Source: Spongospora subterranea f. sp. subterranea
Taxonomy: Eukaryota
DNA: 64,000 bases
Assembly (NCBI GenBank): GCA_049724395.1
Contig: JAUGWO010000091.1
Span: 1-64,000 of the forward strand
Direction of reading: 5' to 3'
Shown: piece by piece, positions 1 to 10,116 of the stretch
Layout: each line of letters starts with the position of its first letter
How positions within the stretch are numbered: the first letter of the stretch is position 1
Made by a program: the position numbers and the translations under genes
Notes under the pieces: model-generated
What the model was told of the DNA's origin: nothing
Seen by the model: the letters and a program-made list of their open reading frames with translations, nothing else
The model's database searches: none

Positions 1-1615
1 ATGGTAGGATGGCTGGAAGGGCAATGACGAAGGAGCCCATTTTAAAACCGAAGCTCCAAATTACCAACAGAAAGCAAAAAGCAGACGAAGACGGCAGATA
101 CGATTGTCTCGGAAATATCCATGGCGTTCAAAAAGCTTTCGACGCTTTGATGCAGATCGGCACGGTCGGTATACATGGTCTGTAACGCCACGTAGAACTG
201 GTCTGGGGTGACTGGCGAATAATCACCTGAAAACAGACGCATGAGATTGCAATTTCTATAGTATTATGGGTGCAACGTATACCATCTTCACGATTGAACA
301 ATGTCTCGAAGCATCTTTCGACCTCATGGTCTGTGGCGCCCAGCATTGTGCGAACCCGGGCGAAACTCAGCTTATCCATTGATTTGAACACGGTATCTCT
401 CAGTCCTCCAGCGACTAAACGCATCTGCAGGTTCAAGTGAGATTAGAAAACATTAGTCATAAAAACAGACCTGTTGTGGCGACGTAATATCAATCAGGGT
501 GTGGGATGAATATGCCCACGCCTTAGTTTGATTGTCACCATTGATAATTTTTAGCGGTAGTTGCAAATGGGAATTGGCGGATCGTTTCATGAGCGACTCA
601 AACTCGTTGCGCTTCGTCCTCGGCCCATTTGCGACGGATCAGTTTCCTGAACAAAATGGTTGAAAACCTGTAAACCAAGCAGAGCGGAATCACAGAAAAC
701 TGACATTTCATCATTCTCATCTAGAGCACAGAATAACACTAGCATATCTTTTTCGAACGCCATATCGGAAACCCTCTAATAAAAGTTGAACGACCACGCC
801 GGGCGAATCCCACAATAACATTGCGAGCGACAAGGGCAATGCATAAAACATAGATTGCTTTGCAGATCGAAAAGGCAAGCCATAAATCAGCAGTGGCAAC
901 ACCGCCCTTGATATGGAGCCAGTATTCAATCACAAGGTACTGGACCAGAAGGAAGAAACACACTGTCTTGATCCGTCGCCCGATTTCGCTACAGATCAGG
1001 CTTACAAACCATGAAGACTTGGCCACTACCAATCCGCCAACCTAATATAGCATCTGATGAGACAAATGCTAAATGCATCAGATTTTACGATTGACTAACC
1101 GGAGCCAACATGAGGAAAATCAATTCAACAACAATGAAAAGGAACAGAACGAGTGAAGGAACCGCCAAGATTGCCCAAACGGGAAGCGCCACAAATGCTG
1201 GTTGGAAGGTGAAATCAAAACGCGCTCCTATACACAGAGCAACCAATCCAATTAAGGAAGCTATAACAAAGACTAGGTACGGTAGACGATGGCTCCACTC
1301 TCGGAAATAGTTTTGAAAAACAGACGAGCGACGACCACGTAAGTTCTTATCGTTGGATAGTAGTGATTGCTTATCACCATCATCAGCATCGTCGGGTTCG
1401 TCAGTAACCTTGGCGTCAATGGAGGAGAATGCTCGGGCAAGATCCTCCTCTACTTCAAGGCCATCATCGTTGATGGATGCGAGTTGTGTGCGGAATATGG
1501 ATCCGTTTTTTTTCAACGTGGAGCGGCGCTCTGACGTCCCTTGATGTTTTTGATCTTGACCAGTTTGGAGATCTCTAGTGTTTCCCAAAGGCGTGTTAAA
1601 GTTCGAGTTGTTCAT
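1..1615 (-). CDS. Probable MscS-like (MSL-type) mechanosensitive channel; multi-exon, 3' end runs off the window
   Basis: ORFs 1085-1615, 739-1032/717-929, 128-436 and 42-242 give a disordered N-terminus, several TM helices, then an EF-hand-like cytosolic segment and 'ALQTMYTDRADLHQSVESFLNAMDISETIVSAVFVCFLLSV'. This resembles the region preceding the MscS domain in eukaryotic MSL proteins. The MscS core itself would lie outside the window. Confidence 0.55.
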
Positions 1616-1676
1616 CGTCGAAATCCGTGATCGGAATGAGCATTAGGGTTCTGTTCACTGACCAAAACGATAAACC

Positions 1677-1756
1677 TCCGGAGCGTGATTCAGTGCAGTT
1701 CACATTTCCGATCAGGAGTGTAAAACAAAGGAACATCCGGAGCGTGATTCAGTGCA
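1677..1756. repeat. Perfect 21-bp direct repeat TCCGGAGCGTGATTCAGTGCA, two copies with a 38-bp spacer
   Basis: Copies at 1677-1697 and 1736-1756, upstream of the ATG at 1615. Confidence 0.9.
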
Positions 1757-1917
1757 TTCTTAATTCCGATAGCGAATGATTCATGTTTCTTCAAAAGTTC
1801 AGTGACCCACATTCGGGAGATTGATGAACTTTTAATGATGAAAATCAGTGACGATAACTCAAAGCTCAGTTTCTCCACGTATTGAGGGGAAAAAAATCTT
1901 GATAAATTACAGAGTCA

Positions 1918-2127
1918 TTATTTGGTTGACACTTTTGGGTCGACCATGGGATGCTTGGCTTTGATCCTGTCATTCCACGTGGCGGCTTCCTCTGTCGAAA
2001 ATACCTCCGCTTTCACCTGTTTTTTCATGCTATCGAAGACAGTCCAGGCGACGACAACGCCAGCTGCCAATCCCCAGGCCGCTGCATTAAATGTCCTCGA
2101 TCCTCGAGCCCAGATTAACGACATCAT
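1918..2127 (-). CDS. Small single-TM hypothetical protein (69 aa)
   Basis: Intronless ORF with one hydrophobic helix (AAAWGLAAGVVVAWTVF) and a charged tail, in a gene-sized gap. Confidence 0.55.
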   Translation of the reverse strand: MMSLIWARGSRTFNAAAWGLAAGVVVAWTVFDSMKKQVKAEVFSTEEAATWNDRIKAKHPMVDPKVSTK

Positions 2128-2190
2128 TCTTAAATAATGATTACGATCGCACCTGTGGTATCCAGATGTCCGTACAGTAAAAACTCCTTA

Positions 2191-3825
2191 GGGTCTGGTC
2201 CAAGTACGCAAAAGTCAACTTTTTGGGCGTCGACTTATCTTCTCCGCGACTGTAATTCGTCGACTTTTTGAAAAAGGTAGGTCGCCAAAAATCCGAGAAA
2301 AAGTAGATAGAAGTAGACGCAGTAGTCGACGCCGTCGGGGTTACTCCACCCATTTCTGACTCCAATGGGCGACACAGAGATGATGAACATCGTCGCCGCC
2401 ATGACGTGCGTTGTGGCAGCTGTGGCTGCTATTGCTGCGGATGAACGTCGGCACAGGCGCCCAGCCTCAATGATATATACCATTCGTAATGGTTGACATA
2501 CAAGTATTTTCGTTGTTTTCTAGCAGCTTTTATAGGTTTGACAGTTTGTTTTAGGCGTTGAAGCCTGCTCGAATGACGGATGGTACCGCAGAAATCTTCA
2601 GGGCAACATTCAACTGGATCGTAGATCAATTGACCGAATACTCGAACAACAATGGAACTGCTTTGCCTGGCGATAATGCCTATGTCGATATGCGCACGAG
2701 GATTGCTTTGACGTTGTCGTACCTATCGCAAGAGGATGGTTTCAATCAAATGCGCTGCTTTGTTCGGCATCGCGAAATCAACTGCGATTAGAAACGTTAA
2801 TTCGTGCTGGAAGTTCTGATTTCATTAGCTCCCCAAGTGATCAAATTCCCATCCACGCCAGCTGCATGACAGAACATTGCAGGAAAGTTCGAGGAGAATT
2901 GCGGGTTTCCGGACGATGCGGGGGCGATCGATGGAACGCTGCTCCAAATTGAACGACCTTTTGAATATGATGGCTGGATTTGTCGCAAGGGATTCCCAGC
3001 GATCAACATGCAGGCAACCGTGGACGCAGACGGCAGGGTCATGGAATATTCAGTACGGTCAGGGTCATGTAGCGACAAGAATGTTTGGACAATGTCCAGT
3101 CTAGGCCGATTGGCGCCAGGTATACTGCCCGTCAACATGCATTTCCTGGGCGACGCCGGGTATACTTTATCGTCTTTGATGCTTTTACGCCATATCTAAT
3201 TTATGAGGGCATGCCACAAGACGAAAAACGATACAACTACCTCCATTCGCGAACCCGGATCGTAGTCGAGCGCGCATTCGGTGGCTTGAAAGGACGCTGG
3301 CGAATCCTGAAGCGCACCCTCAACATGAAATCTCCCATGAGTTGTGCACGAACCATTGTGGCCTGCATGATTTTACATAATCTGACAGTAGACGCAGGTG
3401 ATGATGTAGACCTCGGAAACCGGATTGACGAATACCTACATCAGCATCCACGTTTTGACAATGTTGAAGGACACCGTCGCCATGACATAGATCGCCAGCA
3501 AAAGCGCAACAATATCAAAGATTATTTTCAAACATTGAAATAATGGCGATTTATTTGGAAAGATTTTGAAATGCCTTCAACAGCATCGAATTGTTGCGCT
3601 TTGCTCTTCAAATCGTTTTTCAATGTTTTGAAGAATTGGCACCAGCGAGGAATCAGCAGAAGTAGTTTTTGCTGCTGCATTGTGATTTTTGCGACTTCGA
3701 TCATGGCGGCTGCCACGCTTCCCATGCCCTGAATCAGGCAGTCACCAAGGGATGGGACAGCAGCCTTGCGGCTGGGAGTCCCAACGTCCAATCGAGTTTG
3801 GGAGGATGGGATATTATCATCAACG
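2191..3825 (+). mobile_element. Truncated PIF/Harbinger element 'D': probable left end, degenerate nuclease and C-terminal stub of a convergent ORF1
   Basis: TTA|GGGTCTGGTCC at 2188-2201 (TWA target plus GGG-start end), GTCGAC subterminal repeats, Harbinger nuclease on + and a convergent ORF on - (~3550-3825: VDDNIPSSQTRLDVGTPSRKAAVPSLGDCLIQGMGSVAAAMIEVAK). No matching right TIR found. Confidence 0.75.
2365..3543 (+). pseudogene. HARBI1-like DDE (DDE_Tnp_4) transposase, frameshifted
   Basis: Motifs across several frames: GFPDDAGAIDGT, CRKGFPAINMQATVD, SGSCSDKNVW, HFLGDAGY, YNYLHSRTRIVVERAFGGLKGRWRIL, ACMILHNL. Confidence 0.9.
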
Positions 3826-4030
3826 GGGAAGCATAGCAGCCGCCATGATCGAAGTCGCGAAAATCAATGCAGCAGCAAAAACTACTTCTGCTAATTCCTC
3901 GCTGGTGCCAATTCTTCAAAACATTAAAAAACGATTTGAAGAGCAAAGCGCAATCAATTCGATGCTGTTGAAGGCATTTCAAAATTTTTCAAAATAAATC
4001 GCCATTAATTCAATGTTTGAAAATAATCTT
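3518..4030. repeat. Inverted duplication: arms 3518-3723 and 3826-4030 (~205 bp), ~100-bp loop
   Basis: Manual reverse-complement alignment gives about 8 substitutions and 2 small indels. Confidence 0.95.
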
Positions 4031-4250
4031 CCCCAAATAAACGGCAGCGCCATCTTCGGCTCTTTCTGGATGCCAAACGACATAGCTGGCGATTGAGCAG
4101 GCTGACGCAGAGCTTGTCGACGAGGTTCAACTAGTCAGTGTTGACGACTTTAATCTTGACGGCATAGCGTTTGATAAGGAAGTTGTTCGGGCCAGATTTA
4201 AGGATTTGACCGAATGATATCCAGCAGCTGAAGCTTCTAGAACGTCCTCA

Positions 4251-4956
4251 TCGATGGTAGCAGTGATAGCGGCAGTGCCAGTAAGATTACGAAACGTCGG
4301 AATCTGAAGATGGAGATTTCCCTCATGAAAAGCATGTTCTCGGAACCCGCAACAGCAACGGAAAAGCTTTGACGCAGGAGGCTTGCAATGAACACCCCAC
4401 AGAGGTGTGTTTAATTATTGCGGATGGAGTCTTACTTGCATGTGGCAGCGTATGTCCGGAGCGGAGACTTTGCACGACAGCATTTTCCAGGAATCAGAGT
4501 TAGTTATTCTGGTTACCAAAATGTACATGCCCGACAAGTTTGCATCGGACCCGTTCGGAGAACCGTGTACTACGGGCAGCGCTGCACAGCGATCCTGGGT
4601 CGAACAGATGTAATACATTCGCTACGATCGGTCGGTTCGTTCTTGGTACTAAGATCTCGAAGACTCCGAACTCCGAAAATCCTTAATGAGTTTACCAAAG
4701 TCTTAGTAAAGTCTAGTATGTGATTTCCATCCGCAATAGTGCTTTAATCGCGCAGTGGATGTTCGACCACAAAGACCCTCTGGTTGCCGAAACACACCTC
4801 TGTGGGGTGTTCATTGCAAGCCTCCTGCGTCAAAGCTTTTCCGTTGCTGTTGCGGGTTCCGAGAACATGCTTTTCATGAGGGAAATCTTCATCTTCAGAT
4901 TCCGACGTTTCGTAATCTTACTGGCACTGCCGCTACCACTGCTACTTTACCATCGA
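4251..4956. repeat. Inverted duplication: arms 4251-4412 and 4790-4956 (~160 bp), ~380-bp spacer
   Basis: Manual reverse-complement alignment gives 2 substitutions and a 5-bp indel. A further 13-nt inverted match (TATTGCGGATGGA) occurs at ~4416-4428 and ~4727-4739. Confidence 0.95.
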
Positions 4957-5453
4957 CCTCTGATTCGTCACTGTCATCGATATCGATTACGAACTTCATG
5001 GCACACTGATCTGGGAAGGAGTGGGTTGATCGCATTTGGCTTGCCATCCACGCGTAGCAAGCAACCAGTTTTCACGAAATACCGCTCCATGCTTCGGCTT
5101 CTCACCAAGGCATCGAAAGCATCCGCGTCCCATTTCGTCATCAAAATTCGGCGTTGCGCAGCAGTGAACTATCTCCTAGTTGTTTCAGCTGATCGAGGAT
5201 CGTGGCCACAGCCTGTGGCTTTTCTTTCTGTCCGGGTGTTTGCATGGTTGGCTGCGAGGTCGGTAACTAATGCAGATAGGAAGAGAGAACCCGCAGCAAT
5301 TCCGTGGCGGGTCGTGTGTCCCGATGAAATCACACTACAATCTGACAGATTGAATACGTTTTTTCTTACAGTATGTGTTTTTTTACTAAGACTTTTTGCC
5401 CCAAAATTAGGGTCAAGGGTCAAAATCCAGGGTTAGGGGCTTATTAGTACTCA

Positions 5454-5551
5454 GAGCCTCTCCACCGGTTTCTCTATCTGTATCAAACAGGAAAACTGCG
5501 CCGGATTAGAGAGCCACGGACATCCACCGGTCTCTCTATCTTCAAATTCGT
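5454..5551 (+). mobile_element. Isolated ~100-bp terminus of the Pong-like family (ORF1-side end)
   Basis: Starts GAGCCTCTCCACCGG and is a near-identical reverse complement of 9250-9348, including the inner CATCCACCGGTCTCTCTATCT repeat. Confidence 0.9.
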
Positions 5552-5615
5552 GGGGTATCAAACCTGCAATTTTGCGCAGTTTAAAATCCGAATTTCCCTG
5601 ATGTATATATAGCCC

Positions 5616-5679
5616 GGAAATCCGAATCTTATTTAAGATACTCCTCCAGAGGAGTATCTTAATTAAGATTCGGATTTCC
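5616..5679. repeat. 64-bp near-perfect palindrome (31-bp arms, 2-nt centre, 1 mismatch)
   Basis: GGAAATCCGAATCTTATTTAAGATACTCCTC-CA-GAGGAGTATCTTAATTAAGATTCGGATTTCC, between a TATATATA at 5604-5611 and the ORF1 ATG at 5718. Confidence 0.95.
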
Positions 5680-5717
5680 CGTGGGCGCAGATTTTGGATT
5701 CATCATTTGAGATAACG

Positions 5718-6750
5718 ATGCCGGGAAAGGTCTCCACCATCGGTCGCAAACGTACCAGCAAAACCGAAATCCTGGCAATAGTGACGTTTTTGGAGAATCC
5801 AGAAAATTTTCTGATTGTCACTGGAGGAGCTGCCCAGGGCAAGGCAATGGTCGCCGGCCAAAAGTTAAAAAAAGTTGAAGGTTTCAAAGACATGGCGGCT
5901 TTTGTTAATTCTATGATTAATCAGAAGGACCGCCATTGGTCCCATGAGGACGCTAAGAGCCGATATAACAGCTACTGGAAATTGTACAAGAAAACCAGGA
6001 AAGAACGGTCACAAACCGGATGGGGCGTTGACGACAAAGACAGAGCCAAAGAGACATCCTCACAATTGAGGACAAGCTCGAGTCGCAATGTCCCTTTTAC
6101 TCGCGCATGGACGCGTTGTTTGGTCACCGGCAGAATATTGCACCATCCGCTGTTGTTGAATTAGGAAATATTCCCGGCGTAGGTAGCCAGTTTTTTAACA
6201 CGTTCTCAAGCGTTGGCCAAAATATTTCGTCGGAGAGTGATATCGATTCCGAAAATTCAAATGACGCTGAAGAGGAAGATATTGATGACCCCCACTCGCT
6301 GAACAATGCTTCTGAGAGCCAAGTTTCTTTGGATCCTCGTGACGAGAGGGTCCAGTCGCCTGACCGCGTGCTTGATTTTACAGTAACCGAGAAAAGTAGC
6401 GCCGGACGGTCGATTACGTCATCGCGTCGCCGTCCATTCAAAAGATGCAGATCAAAAATGGAGTTTCCTCTCCACAATACCCCTCAAAATATTCTCCCGA
6501 AGAATCAGAAAAAGGATTTTGCCGCTGTCTTGGCCGAAATTCAAGTCAATCAACTTGAGTTTGACCGCCAGAAACTGGACGCAGAGAAATGGCCTTACAG
6601 GAAAAACTTGCAGCGATCGAAGCCCAGAAGCGGGAAGATCAATCACTTTTAGCAATACAGGTTGCCAAAGGCAACATGGTGGCCAGTCTCAAGCAGGCGG
6701 GTCACAGCATTGAAGAGATAAAGGAAGCTTTACTTCTTGTGTTTCCATAA
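5718..6750 (+). pseudogene. Harbinger ORF1 (Myb/SANT-like DNA-binding protein) with frameshifts
   Basis: RKRTSKTEILAIVTFLENPENF...WSHEDAKSRYNSYWKLYKKT...TGWGVDDKD...CPFYSRMDALFGHRQNIAP, then an acidic linker and coiled-coil tail. Clearly homologous to the ORF at 13380-14342. Confidence 0.8.
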
Positions 6751-6782
6751 AAAGTTTGCCATTGCTTCTGTTTCCATAAATG

Positions 6783-8069
6783 TTATGCCCAGTAATGCAG
6801 TACCTTCTGTTGAATGTCCCGACGCCACTGTTGAAGGGAATCATGAATGATTTGATTTGGCCCTCCTTGTCCAAGGGCATCTTCCTCATGTACAGGTTCT
6901 AGTGGAACTTCGTCTGCTACCAGTCGGCGTGAATTGACGATATTGTGCAAAACGCAGCTGGCAACAATCCAATCACAAACAAGATTGACATGAACGCCTT
7001 TGTTAATGCAAATAGGTAATGCACGAAGTGACTGCCATCGACCTTTCAAAATGCCATTGCCATGTTCTGAAACAACACGGCCTCGCGAAAGCCTGAAGTT
7101 AAATTCTTCATTTTCTGCGACTGAAGCTGCAGGTTGACGGTACGGGACCAGCATTTGCCTGGTAAGAGAAAACCCTGAATCGCCAAACTGATACTGGCCA
7201 GGACTGAAATATCTCTCGGGGTCTTTGTGGACGTGTCCTGATTCCCATATACTTGAATCATGAACTGATCCTGGCCAACCAGCGATAAGATAACGAATTT
7301 GCCGTTTGTGATCGAATGTAAGCATCACATTCATGGAGTATGTGCACTTTCTGTTATAGTACACCTCACCATCAAGGTTTGGCTTCTGAGCCAGAACGAC
7401 ATGAGTGCCATCGGTTGATAAGATACAATTATCGAAGCCGAATTCTGTCAGATTAAAGGCGCTTAATTTTTCTCTTTCGGAGGCATCAGGCCAATAAATA
7501 TACTTTAAAGAAAGGTTCTTCAAGGCATGAATCACTCGTTTGGTGTACAAGATTACGCTTCCGTAACCTATTCCTTTAGCCCTGGCAACTCTACCGACCG
7601 CTGATCCATTTCCAAAATGGCCAATACGATCAAGAGCGCAGGCCAACTGAATCCATGTCTCACGCTGCGGGCAGGTAGATTTGGCTTGCAATTATTGTGA
7701 AATATTGGGTCGTCTGCAGAATGTCAGCGTGAGTTTACCTTCTACTTAAGTAGGGAAACTACCTTCAATTTCGTGCAGAATGAAAGCAAAAGTTTGCTGA
7801 CAAACTCGAACTTCTTGAATGAACTCATCAACTTCAAGCAAGGGCAAAATTTTCAAAGCTCCCAGCTCTTTGCTGAGTTTACGTCGAGTGTTGATAAAGC
7901 GCTGCTCCATGACCCCTGCTTTAACAACCATTAGCATGTTTGCTGTTTTGCGGGCCCGAGCTGCTACGACAGGGTGTGAGTATCGAAACAGAATTTGCTG
8001 AACCACTAAAATGACTAAAGCGCCATCAAGGTCCCTCAACAATCGGCTTCTTTCGGAAACTCGCACCAT
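6783..8069 (-). pseudogene. Harbinger (HARBI1-like) transposase; one intron (7714-7762) and an apparent frameshift near 7680-7690
   Basis: FGFDNCILSTDGTHV, YYNRKCTYSMNVMLTFDH, GWPGSVHDSSIW, GDSGF, EHGNGILKGRWQSL, SCVLHNI. After splicing, DDPIFHNN is out of frame with STCPQRETWIQL unless about 11 nt are removed. Confidence 0.88.
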
Positions 8070-8318
8070 CAGGTTTGACACCCCCAAATTTCAAAACGGA
8101 TCTTACGCTGATTTTGGTATGCGGGAAAACCGAATTTCCCGCCAAAAATATTCCGCGGGAGATTCGGTCATTTCAACAGGTTTGATACCCCCTCTCCACC
8201 GGTCTCTCTATCTGTATTTCTGAAATATCGCGTTTGGAGAGTCAAAATGTGCGTGATTCGGTGTACAGTATAGCCAGACGTGCACGCACCGGTGCACTCT
8301 CTATTTCTACATTTCATC

Positions 8319-9038
8319 ATGACTGTTAACGCATTTGTCAGCCTTCTTCTACAATGGGATAAGCACGATTCCGACAGCGAAGATGATGACCAACGCAACA
8401 ATGGAGGTTCTGCTCCAGGACGGTCTGGAAACATCAACAGGGACCGGATCTTAGGGCACAATCGATTATATGCCAACTATTTTGCTGCGAATCCAGTGTA
8501 TACGCCAGCTCAATTTCGTCGACGATATCGAATGCGACGAGACTTGTTTCTACGAATCAATCAGCGTGTCGTTGAGACGGATTCATATTTTCGGCAGCGT
8601 CGCGATGCCACTTGACTACTCGGTCTGTCAAGTTTCCAAAAAATAACTGCTGCTCTTCGTCTCATGGCTTATGGATGGTCGGCGGATAGTTTGGACGAAA
8701 ACTTACGCATGGCAGAAAGTACAATCTTGCTTAGTCTTGAACGATTTGTTTCTGCTGTGATCAAGTTCGGGGATGAATATCTAAGATACCCCAATGAACA
8801 AGACATTCAACGTATATTGGCAACAAATTCATCGAGAGGATTTCCAGAAATGATGGGTTTAGTAGATTGTATGCATTGGGAATGGCAAAACTGTCCCAAA
8901 GCATGGGCAGGCATGTATCAAGGCTGCTATAAGAAACCGACCATTGTGCTCGAGGCGGTCGCTACTCAAGATATATGGATTTGGCACGCCTTTTTCGGCA
9001 TGCCAGGCTCAAATAACGACATCAATGTGCTGGACAGG
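8319..9038 (+). pseudogene. Pong-type (Plant_tran-like) transposase with nonsense codon and 3' truncation
   Basis: YFAANPVYTPAQFRRRYRMRRDLF; RDAT*LLGLS (TGA at 8613-8615); MAYGWSADSLDE; RGFPEMMGLVDCMHWEWQNCPKAWAG; PTIVLEAVATQDIWIWHAFFGMPGSNNDINVLDR, after which homology stops. Confidence 0.92.
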
Positions 9039-9164
9039 TGCGCCGTTAATCGGATCGCAAGAAACAGCCAGCCAGCAAGAAGCAAGCATAGCGCTCTCTC
9101 CTGGGCGGAAGTTCTTGCCCCGTTTGACAACAGTTGCTTCCACAGCTGCAGGTACGAGGTCCAT
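9039..9164 (-). pseudogene. N-terminal stub of Pong ORF1 (Myb-like)
   Basis: Minus-strand translation MDLVPAAVEATVVKRGKNFRPGESAMLASCWLAVSCDPINGA matches the Pong ORF1 pattern 'RGKNF..EE..LL.SAWL..S.DPI.G'. Confidence 0.75.
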
Positions 9165-9388
9165 TGGCGAAGCAACGAGGAAACCTGTATGAGCGTAGCC
9201 CGGATGAAATCTGCGTGACTGCGCATTTCTGTTTCCAAAATTTAGAGAGACGAATTGAAGATAGAGAGACCGGTGGATGTCTGTGGCTTTCTAATCCGCG
9301 CAGTTTTCCTGTTTAGAGATACAGATAGAGAGACCGGTGGAGATGCTCTAATCCTCTCCAAAATAGAGAGTCGAGTAGAGAATCTCTA

Positions 9389-9896
9389 AAACAGAAATGC
9401 GCAGTCACGCAGATTTCATCCGGGCTACGTTCATACAGGTTTCCTCGTTGCTTCGCCAATGGACCTCGTGCCTGCAGCTGTGGAAACAACTGTTGTCAAA
9501 CGGGGCAAGAACTTCCGCCCAGGTATGCTTGCTTCTTGCTGGCTGGCTGTTTCTTGCGATCCGATTAACGGCGCACCTGTCCAGCACATTGATGTCGTTA
9601 TTTGAGCCTGGCATGCCGAAAAAGGCGTGCCAAATCCATAAATCTTGAGTAGCGACCGCCTCGAGCACAATGGTCGGTTTCTTATAGCAGCCTTGATACA
9701 TGCCTGCCCATGCTTTGGGACAGTTTTGCCGTTCCCAATGCATACAATCTACTAAACCCATCATTTCTGGAAATCCTCTCGATGAATTTGTTGTCAATAT
9801 ACGTTGAATGTCTTGATCATTGGGGTATCTTAGATATTCATCCCCGAACACCTTGATCACCGCAGAAACAAATCGTTCAAGACTAAGCAAGATTGT
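9389..9896 (-). mobile_element. Second, inverted partial copy of Pong-like element B (B')
   Basis: Reverse complement of ~8721-9234 with the same internal deletion junction. Differs by several substitutions and small indels (e.g. AVIKVFG vs AVIKFG). Ends at the LTR. Confidence 0.95.
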
Positions 9897-9897
9897 T

Positions 9898-10116
9898 TGT
9901 AACATACATCGGTATACACTGGTCAGGTGGATTACTGCAGATGCTATTTACACACAATAGATGTTCCTATTCCGAGCCAATATACTCTCTGTGTATTAGA
10001 TCCGATATCTGGTCCGTAAAGTCCGTCAGGAACTCCGTTGCCAGCTATATCCAATACAATAGGGTAGCCTGTCGTAGGCTATAACATAGGGTCAATACGT
10101 TGACACATATGTTACA
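9898..10116 (-). repeat. 3' LTR (219 bp) with adjacent polypurine tract
   Basis: 9-bp inverted termini TGTAACATA...TATGTTACA. Minus-strand purine tract GAAAGAAGGAAG (10117-10128) lies immediately upstream. Confidence 0.88.

Larger units (their letters stand above)
5552..8191. mobile_element. Full-length two-gene Harbinger transposon 'A' (2.64 kb) with convergent ORF1 and transposase
   Basis: Perfect 15-bp TIRs GGGGTATCAAACCTG (5552-5566) and CAGGTTTGATACCCC (8177-8191) enclosing ORF1 (+) and transposase (-). No TSD visible (flanks CGT and CTC). Confidence 0.93.
8192..9348 (+). mobile_element. Internally deleted Pong-like element 'B'
   Basis: Left end CTCTCCACCGGTCTCTCTATCTG lacks the terminal GAGC. 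Right end is CAGATAGAGAGACCGGTGGAGATGCTC|TAA (GAGCATCTCC-type TIR plus TAA). The transposase 5' part is fused to the 5' part of the convergent Myb ORF. Confidence 0.9.

Noticed and set aside
1677..1756. CRISPR-like repeat-spacer geometry
   Set aside because: Only two repeats, no cas genes, and a eukaryotic context.
4720..5436. 238-aa plus-strand ORF
   Set aside because: No ATG start or recognisable motifs, and it overlaps an inverted-repeat arm. Likely a shadow ORF.
5405..5440. TTAGGG-like motifs as an interstitial telomere
   Set aside because: Scattered, non-tandem units; too few to call.
8613..8615. In-frame TGA as a sign of stop-codon reassignment or selenocysteine
   Set aside because: It falls at an expected Gly in a decayed transposase. 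Host genes use TGA, TAA and TAG as normal stops.
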